From Candidatus Hermodarchaeota archaeon (GTDB taxonomy: Archaea > Asgardarchaeota > Hermodarchaeia > Hermodarchaeales > Hermodarchaeaceae), in assembly GCA_016839365.1 (NCBI GenBank), contig JAEOUH010000004.1, positions 1-42,908 of the forward strand: DNA of 42,908 nt, given 5' to 3'. A program made the position numbers and the translations under genes. A model generated the notes under the pieces. That model worked only from the letters and a program-made list of their open reading frames with translations. It was not told where the DNA came from and made no database searches. Positions 19,439 through 25,586 of the stretch are shown here, piece after piece (position 1 is the stretch's first letter; each line of letters starts with the position of its first letter).

Positions 19439-20416
19439 TTGGGAAGTATGGACGAAATTGACAAGAACATCATCTTCGAGTTGTCTGTCAATTATCGTGT
19501 ATCATACCAGACTATTGCAAACAAATACAACCTCTCGGTGAATGCGGTAAAAAAACGTATACAGAAGCTCAAAAGTGACGGGATCATTCGTGGGGGGTGG
19601 TTAGTTCCGATGAATGCAATGTTGGGGATGGAATCTTGGGTTGCGCTGGTAAGAACGGAGGATCCGATTCCCTCGGATGCATTCTTGGATGGTATTGGAG
19701 CACACAAGTCGATCGATTCAGCAAGTATTCTCACGGATGGAAGCATTCTCTGCTTCGGACATTATGCTGGTGCCAAAGGTCTTGAGGAAATTGGTACATT
19801 CTTACGTCAAACTCCAGGTGTTATATCGGTCGATTTTCACACAATCTTATCTGAACCAGGTATGCGTTGTGAATTATCCTTATCAGATTTGAAGGTATTA
19901 CAGTGTTTACGACAGGACCCAAGAATGTCTATCAGTGATATATCTCAAAACACCAGGCTTACACCTCGTCGAATCCGAAAAATCATCCAAAATTTGATTG
20001 ACGAAAAAGGCTCCGAACCAGAACTCTATCTGAACTGGGACTCACGGGGTGGAAGCCGGCCTGATCAAGTGTCCTTCAAGCTTAGTGTGAATTGGGACTT
20101 GAATGCAGGAGGTCACACGGCCTTTATGATAATCATCCGTCACGAAGAAGGTAGAGAATTCCGATCTAAGATTGTTGATATTCTTAAAGAGACCTATCCA
20201 TTTTGGTTCTGGTATTCGTATGCATCGGCCTTTGAACCAGTCATTTTTTGCGTATTTGTGGTTGAGCACATGAGGGAAGCAGGCGATATAATTGAGACCT
20301 TGCGGCAAACACCCGAGGTTGTTTCCGCTAATGCAATTTACGGATATCCAAGCCGACGATATCATAGTGTCATTGATGAGTATTTTGAACAACTATTCAA
20401 ACGCCTAGAAGGCTAG
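19439..20416 (+). CDS. Lrp/AsnC-like regulator with duplicated HTH-effector modules (paralogue 2)
   Basis: Colinear with paralogue 1 (MDEIDK, SILTDGS, LTPRRIRK, LNAGG, YASAFEPVIFC). Likely ATG 19448. Confidence 0.85.
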   Translation: MGSMDEIDKNIIFELSVNYRVSYQTIANKYNLSVNAVKKRIQKLKSDGIIRGGWLVPMNAMLGMESWVALVRTEDPIPSDAFLDGIGAHKSIDSASILTDGSILCFGHYAGAKGLEEIGTFLRQTPGVISVDFHTILSEPGMRCELSLSDLKVLQCLRQDPRMSISDISQNTRLTPRRIRKIIQNLIDEKGSEPELYLNWDSRGGSRPDQVSFKLSVNWDLNAGGHTAFMIIIRHEEGREFRSKIVDILKETYPFWFWYSYASAFEPVIFCVFVVEHMREAGDIIETLRQTPEVVSANAIYGYPSRRYHSVIDEYFEQLFKRLEG

Positions 20417-20519
20417 GCAGAACAGGTCGGTTTTTGCCAACTATTGTCAGAATGAATCGTTATTTACCGCCACCAACCTTGTGAGGAGATATATAGCTTG
20501 ACTATTATAAAAAAATCAA

Positions 20520-20641
20520 CCGGGTCTTCAAGGTTCCTTCCCCTCCATTTCGGCACTTCCCGGTCCAAAGAAAATGGGTGGCAATGGACCTTTTTAGGAC
20601 AACGGATTCGGAGTTTACGTTCGATTTCCTTGAAGACCCGG
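20520..20641 (-). ncRNA. Putative 122-nt structured RNA element 1 (3' of peptide gene 1)
   Basis: Perfect 14-bp terminal inverted repeat CCGGGTCTTCAAGG; inner CUCCG/UGGAG and GGUCCA/UGGACC helices; U-tract directly downstream on the minus strand. Confidence 0.55.
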
Positions 20642-20704
20642 CTTTGGTCAGTGTCCAAGGTCCGTGTCCCTGGTGTCAGTGTCGCTCCCTAACAGTAAGT
20701 GTGA

Positions 20705-20848
20705 TTAGCGTCGTGATGTGACGATTGCAAAGTTGATTCGATCGCGGGGAGTGCCTCGTGGGTTCTTTGCTCCTGTCACAGCGCGTTCTGCAACAGGCAT
20801 TTCGACAATTTTCTTCTTTGTGTGTCCGGTTTCTTTCTTTTCGACCAT
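20705..20848 (-). CDS. Small basic peptide 1 (47 aa), unknown family
   Basis: MVEKKETGHTKKKIVEMPVAERAVTGAKNPRGTPRDRINFAIVTSRR*; GGAGGT SD; homologous to peptide 2. Confidence 0.8.
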   Translation of the reverse strand: MVEKKETGHTKKKIVEMPVAERAVTGAKNPRGTPRDRINFAIVTSRR

Positions 20849-20908
20849 TTTCTATCAACCTCCTGCCCATGCAGGACAATGATGTATAACCCAGAAATTG
20901 CCTATTAT

Positions 20909-20991
20909 TCGATGGGAGCTCGTCAGTGCAAAAATTCGATGAAAAGAGAAGAAGCGAGCCAACTTTTGCACTCCTTGGTGCAAAAATTCGA
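20909..20991 (-). promoter_or_regulatory. Conserved upstream boxes of cassette 1
   Basis: TCGATGGGAG-N6-AGTGCAAA and TTTTGCAC-N6-GTGCAAAA, repeated 518 bp away; GTGCAAAAATTCGA occurs twice (20926, 20978). Confidence 0.7.
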
Positions 20992-21021
20992 AAAAAAAGG
21001 ATTTTAGGAAATAAGGGGGGA

Positions 21022-21144
21022 ATTGGGCCCGCACAAGCTCCAAACGGAAGGAACTAAGAAGTGTGGACATCCGCTGCCGGAACGCTGCTACGCCGATCCC
21101 CCGTCAACGGATGAAGAGGTGATCGGAGGTTCTGCAGGCCCAAT
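21022..21144 (-). ncRNA. Putative 123-nt structured RNA element 2 (3' of peptide gene 2)
   Basis: Terminal stem AUUGGGCCUGCA/UGCGGGCCCAAU with one U.G pair; CUCCG/UGGAG; AUCCGUUG/CAGCGGAU. The wobble pairs form only on the minus strand; a U-tract follows. Confidence 0.55.
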
Positions 21145-21202
21145 GTCTTCGCTGCGAGCTGAATCTGGTGATCGTGTGTTCACCATGAGAATTCCTCACA
21201 GC

Positions 21203-21340
21203 TTAGCGTTTGCTTAACGCCAGCATGACTGCGTACCGAGTACGAGGTTTCGCAGTCGGGTGGGGGTTGCGGCAGCCAGCGACAAGGCGCTCACAAGCTG
21301 ACATGTTTTCGAGTTTCTTGTGTTTGTAGGATTTGGCCAT
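21203..21340 (-). CDS. Small basic peptide 2 (45 aa), unknown family
   Basis: MAKSYKHKKLENMSACERLVAGCRNPHPTAKPRTRYAVMLALSKR*; GGAGG SD; homologous to peptide 1. Confidence 0.8.
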   Translation of the reverse strand: MAKSYKHKKLENMSACERLVAGCRNPHPTAKPRTRYAVMLALSKR

Positions 21341-21426
21341 CTCAAATCCCTCCAATTGTGTTTGTCACCGGAATCCCCGGGGGGGAACCCCGTTGCAATG
21401 AGATATGGGTAAGGATTTGATATGAA

Positions 21427-21503
21427 TCGATGGGAGTAAAATAGTGCAAATGTCCGCGGTTCAAGCTCAGAAATCAAGAAATTTTGAACCGTTGTGTGCA
21501 AAA
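21427..21503 (-). promoter_or_regulatory. Conserved upstream boxes of cassette 2
   Basis: TCGATGGGAG-N6-AGTGCAAA (21427) and TTTTGAAC-N6-GTGCAAAA (21482), with the same spacing as cassette 1. Confidence 0.7.
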
Positions 21504-21643
21504 TAATGTACCAAAATCTGGCATTTCTCCGTTTTTTGCACCAGATTGGCATAATTTTAGTTTTGCAGAACCCATTTGAATAATGTCAAACGAGGTTTCC
21601 GAAAGTTTTTGGGATGTTTTTCTCCCTATCAACTGGTGGTGTT

Positions 21644-22165
21644 ATGCCAAAACAAGATGTCAAGCCGATCGAGGGTCTACAAGCATTACCCCCATTTCCT
21701 GTAGTGTTTGTCTCCGTGCAAGAGAACGTAATGACAGCAGCAGCGTTTCATTTCTTTTCATTCAATTCCCTTTGCGTGATGGTATGAATCCGACCACAAA
21801 CACACACCTTTAGCTTACTACAGCAGGCTAAAGAATTCGGAATAAATATTCCAACGATAACCCAGCTAGAAGAGGTACGTGTCTGTGGGTCCGTGTCAGC
21901 TCGGGATGAAGGCAAATTTGAGAAAACCGGATTAACCAAGATGAAAGGGAAAGTCATCGATACCGTCCTCGTGGCGGAGTGCCCTGTGAACTTGGAGTGT
22001 CGCGTCGTACACGAAGTAGAGTTTGAAGGGAGCCATCGATGGTTTGTCGGTGAGGTCGTTGCAGCTCATGTAGCCGAGGATTACCAGCGGGATCAGGCCC
22101 TGATGTATTGGATGCGAGAGTATCGCCGCGTTGGCCAAGTTTTACTCACCATCAAAGGGCAGTAA
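21644..22165 (+). pseudogene. Flavin reductase-like (flavoredoxin family) gene with an in-frame TGA
   Basis: MPKQDVKP...PFPVVFVSV..NVMTAA...CVMV*IRPQTHT...EFGINIP...CGSVSARD..KF...ECPVNLECRV...GSHRWFVGEV; TGA at 21785-21787. Confidence 0.75.
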
Positions 22166-22206
22166 GAGAGTTTAGTGAATGGAAAGAGCTTTTCACCACT
22201 AACTAA

Positions 22207-22677
22207 TTGGATAACATAGAAGGCGGAGTTGTTAGCGATATGAATCCGTTAGAGGAGTTTCCATTCAAGAATATGCGAACGATCGTCGAGTTGGTTGAAG
22301 AAGGCGAAGTTGATGTGAGTGCGATTCGTTCCGCGACGGGACTGTGCAGTTTTGATTCCACCGAGGTGTCGGATATGCTCGCATATCTCACGAGCTTTGG
22401 TCGCGTAGAAGCCGAGGAGGGAGGTTGGGTGCTTCAGAATGCAGAGGTGGAAGCCGTTTATGAGCGGTTCCGGAAGAGTTTTCTTGAGGCAGCTGTAGCG
22501 CTTCTTTCAAAATTAGCAGAAAAAGCAAAGTCGAGTGAACAACTCTCGAAGGAGACAGGTCTTGCACTGGAGACCGTTGAGTTGTACTTACCGTTTCTTG
22601 CCGACATCACTAGGTTAGGTGTTATTAGCCGGTGTTCGACTGAGTATCCTATCATTTGGTGCCAGAAATCAAAGTAG
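22207..22677 (+). CDS. Hypothetical protein, probable tandem winged-helix
   Basis: KSSEQLSKETGLALETVELYLPFLADITRLG is HTH-like. Likely start 22240. Confidence 0.55.
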   Translation: MDNIEGGVVSDMNPLEEFPFKNMRTIVELVEEGEVDVSAIRSATGLCSFDSTEVSDMLAYLTSFGRVEAEEGGWVLQNAEVEAVYERFRKSFLEAAVALLSKLAEKAKSSEQLSKETGLALETVELYLPFLADITRLGVISRCSTEYPIIWCQKSK

Positions 22678-23391
22678 CTGATCGAGCTGGGGCAGGATTT
22701 CACCTGCTTTCCCAGAGAGATGCACGTCAGCTGCGAAGGTGAGTGGCGTTTCTTCGATGTTCACCTCAAGAATTCGTCCCCCCTGTCGTTTTACGAGCAA
22801 AGGGAATGAGGCAGCGGGTTGGACCAAAGCAGAAGTTCCGATTACTAGGATTGTATCAGCTTTTTGAAGTTCAACAAATATTTGGTCCATGATCATTGAT
22901 GGCAGACTTTCTCCGAACCATACAACGTCTGGTCGGAGATTAGCATTACAGGTCGGGCATGTAGGGATGCCTTCTGCGGGTTCTGTTTTCCTTGAATGAA
23001 AGGAGCAGCGAGTGCATTTCAGTGTCCAGATGTCGCCGTGAACCTCTATAACCTTGGTTGAGCCAGCTTTTCGGTGCAGTCCGTCGACATTCTGGGTGAT
23101 TAATGATTTGAGGGTACCATTCTTTTCCCAATTGGCTAAAGTGTGGTGTGCGGGATTTGGTATGCAGGTGGCGATGAGTTTTTGACGCCAGGTATACCAT
23201 TCCCAGACGAGTTGGGGGTCCTGGCTGAAGGCTTGGGGGGTGGCAAGGTCCATGGCATTGTATTGTTTCCACAAGCCATCTTTTCCCCGAAAGGTGGGAA
23301 CATTCGATTCTTTGGAGATGCCTGCACCTGTGAGGACAATGAGGTATTCGGCGTTAAGTAGAAGGTCGGCGGCTTTTTGGAGATGATTCAT
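22669..23391 (-). CDS. cobB: NAD-dependent protein deacylase (sirtuin, CobB/class III)
   Basis: LTGAGISKES..PTFRG, TQNVDGLH, HG, two CxxC, RPDVVWFGE, IGTSALVQPAA. Confidence 0.95.
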   Translation of the reverse strand: MNHLQKAADLLLNAEYLIVLTGAGISKESNVPTFRGKDGLWKQYNAMDLATPQAFSQDPQLVWEWYTWRQKLIATCIPNPAHHTLANWEKNGTLKSLITQNVDGLHRKAGSTKVIEVHGDIWTLKCTRCSFHSRKTEPAEGIPTCPTCNANLRPDVVWFGESLPSMIMDQIFVELQKADTILVIGTSALVQPAASFPLLVKRQGGRILEVNIEETPLTFAADVHLSGKAGEILPQLDQLL

Positions 23392-23521
23392 GATGAAGCC
23401 TCTACGGTTCCTTGGGTTTTATGTAGTTGGCTTTAATTATTGATCTATTGTTTGGGCAAACGGGGGAAGGATACAGCTTTTATAGGAGAAGTGGTGGATG
23501 CGGCAGGAGAGCTGATTCATC

Positions 23522-24067
23522 ATGTCGGAAGTTAGGTTACCATCTTGGCTTCGTTGGCTGAACTTCATTATTGGAATAGTCGCAATCATTGTCGGTGTTT
23601 CAGTGATTCTATATCCGAGTACCTACGTTGCTTGGGGTCTTGTTATCCTAGGAGCCATTTATCTTTTGAAAGTCATTATCCGTTTGTACGGCGGGGTAAA
23701 ATACGCTCAGTTCCCCCTATGGCAGCAAGCCTTGGGCATCATCATTGGGCTAGTCTTGATTTTCCTTGGGTTGCCGGTCATTCTTATTCCAGGATTTGGT
23801 GACGCATGGTTAAGCATTCTCATCTTAACTGCCCTCCTCTTAGTTGGTGTAGACCAGATTATGACAGGTTTCTTCGTTAAGACGAATACGTCAACTCGAC
23901 GATTCCTGCACATCATCTTTGGCATTATCTTGGTGATTTTGGGATTAGTGAATTACCTATTTGTCGGGTTGGGCATTTGGGTTACCCTGTACATCATCGC
24001 CTTCACACTCGTGATCATCGGTCTTGATTCGCTCATCCAAGGACTAACAGGATACCGCTCCATGTGA
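23522..24067 (+). CDS. HdeD/DUF308-like membrane protein
   Basis: Three repeated hydrophobic hairpins with GIIxIIxG patterns. Confidence 0.7.
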   Translation: MSEVRLPSWLRWLNFIIGIVAIIVGVSVILYPSTYVAWGLVILGAIYLLKVIIRLYGGVKYAQFPLWQQALGIIIGLVLIFLGLPVILIPGFGDAWLSILILTALLLVGVDQIMTGFFVKTNTSTRRFLHIIFGIILVILGLVNYLFVGLGIWVTLYIIAFTLVIIGLDSLIQGLTGYRSM

Positions 24068-24645
24068 AACAACATGATTTGGGAGGTTGGTATATGGGAG
24101 AAGCACTTCGTCGAATAACAAAGGGGCGGGCAATCATTGTTATCTTGCCCAATATCCTCTACTTTGTGATACTTGCCATTGGCCTTGTGATGACTTGGTA
24201 TTTCCCGCAGATACCATGGCAATTCCTACCAGGGACTAATCTGTTATTTCCGTGGCGCCTTGTGGAACTTCTGGGAGGAACAATCCTGTTAATCCTTGCA
24301 GTCATGTTCATCGTATGGGGTGTAATTTCGCTAGGGCGGGACCGATCTTCAGGGACCGAGATAGGGGCAACTCGTCGCTCTTCAAGCCTTGTAATCAGTG
24401 GAGCCTACGCCTATTGCCGCCACCCGCAAACCCTAGGTTTCATTCTCGCGACACCAGCATTTGCCTTGATATTCGACTTTGTACCACTCCTCATTGTTGC
24501 TCTTTTATACACTCCCTTACAGCTCGCCTTACTTGGTTATGAGGAAGTGGAACTACTCCGGCGATTTAGTGACCCCTATGGCACCTACCGTGACGCCGTG
24601 CCGTTTATTATCCCTCGCCGAAAACGGATAGTACCAAGTACATGA
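24064..24645 (+). CDS. Isoprenylcysteine carboxylmethyltransferase/PEMT family membrane protein
   Basis: LVISGAYAYCRHPQ, EEVELLRRF, Y..Y...VPFIIP. Confidence 0.85.
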   Translation: MKQHDLGGWYMGEALRRITKGRAIIVILPNILYFVILAIGLVMTWYFPQIPWQFLPGTNLLFPWRLVELLGGTILLILAVMFIVWGVISLGRDRSSGTEIGATRRSSSLVISGAYAYCRHPQTLGFILATPAFALIFDFVPLLIVALLYTPLQLALLGYEEVELLRRFSDPYGTYRDAVPFIIPRRKRIVPST

Positions 24646-24659
24646 AAAGTGACTAGCCA

Positions 24660-25064
24660 ATGACTTCATTGCCCAAGATTCTGCGATGGACCATCTTAGT
24701 CCTAGCACTGATTCTACTGATTGAAGGCGCCGCCCTCTTTATCGGGATGAATCTTCTCAGCCCAGGAGCTGAGTGGACCCTCCTCAATAACGTCTTGTTA
24801 ATCATCGACATATTCGTTGCTGCAGGACTATTTCGACTCGTGCTCCGACAAACTAATTTCGATAGGTCAATTGGCCTCTTTGTCCTATTAGTCATTTCCA
24901 TCATAACCCACGCCTACCGGACCATTGAATACTTCCTACCAGTTCCCTCGAAATTTATTTTCAACGAGGCTTTGTTTCTCGTCAATGCTCTTAAACTTGG
25001 ATTGGCTATCGCCACATTGATAATCGGTATCTATCTTCAAATCAAGTCGAATCACGAGGATTAG
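24660..25064 (+). CDS. Hypothetical 4-TM membrane protein
   Basis: Four hydrophobic segments; operonic with the upstream genes. Confidence 0.7.
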   Translation: MTSLPKILRWTILVLALILLIEGAALFIGMNLLSPGAEWTLLNNVLLIIDIFVAAGLFRLVLRQTNFDRSIGLFVLLVISIITHAYRTIEYFLPVPSKFIFNEALFLVNALKLGLAIATLIIGIYLQIKSNHED

Positions 25065-25082
25065 CTGCAGAGCAGAGTATCT

Positions 25083-25529
25083 TCATTCAAGATCTTTAAG
25101 CGCCTGGCGAATCTTCTTGCCTTGCTCCTGCATTTCCTCAGCTGGTGGTGTGGTTCCATAATCGGGACCAGCCTGAATGCGTAGGCCATCGCCCTCGAAT
25201 CGGGGAATGACGTGGATGTGAATGTGGGGGATCTCTTGAAACGCTGCTTTCCCATCAGCCAACCACACATTGATGCCCTCACTACGGATATCAGATTTTC
25301 GCAGGGCGGCAGCAATACGGCCGGCGACTTGGAATAGACGCCCCCCCAGTTCGGGATCAAGATCCTCTAAGCCTGCGGAATGATGTTTGGGGATAACGAG
25401 TGTGTGGCCAGGATTGATGGGACGAACGTCTAGGAAAGCAATGATTTCTTCATCCTCATAGACGATTGTGGAAGGGATTTGTTTGTTAACGATCCTGCAG
25501 AAGATGCAGTCGGCGGACGATTCACTCAT
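25083..25529 (-). CDS. HIT family nucleotide hydrolase
   Basis: DCIFCRIV, AFLDVRPINPGHTLVIPK, HIHIHVIPR. Confidence 0.95.
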   Translation of the reverse strand: MSESSADCIFCRIVNKQIPSTIVYEDEEIIAFLDVRPINPGHTLVIPKHHSAGLEDLDPELGGRLFQVAGRIAAALRKSDIRSEGINVWLADGKAAFQEIPHIHIHVIPRFEGDGLRIQAGPDYGTTPPAEEMQEQGKKIRQALKDLE

Positions 25530-25586
25530 AAGGATGACTTAGGACAGCCTATTCATAAATGCCTTTGGTCTGAATATTCGAATAGG

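Noticed and set aside
20926-20991. 14-bp direct repeat GTGCAAAAATTCGA as a mini-CRISPR or target-site duplication
   Set aside because: Only two short copies, no cas or transposase genes; better explained as operator half-sites.
21022-21144. Possible 5S rRNA or tRNA identity of the ~120-nt elements
   Set aside because: The length fits 5S, but the conserved loop C CCGAAC and loop E AGUA/GAA motifs are missing; no cloverleaf and no clear bulge-helix-bulge.
20464-21552. ORF-track calls here (20464-20658, 20498-20692, 20676-20879, 20822-21007, 20855-21070, 21023-21217, 21214-21552) and a 32-aa ORF (MVNTRSPD...) after peptide 2
   Set aside because: No motifs and no mutual homology between the two cassettes. 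The two SD-led paralogous peptides explain the region better, although a short second ORF over the RNA elements cannot be fully excluded.
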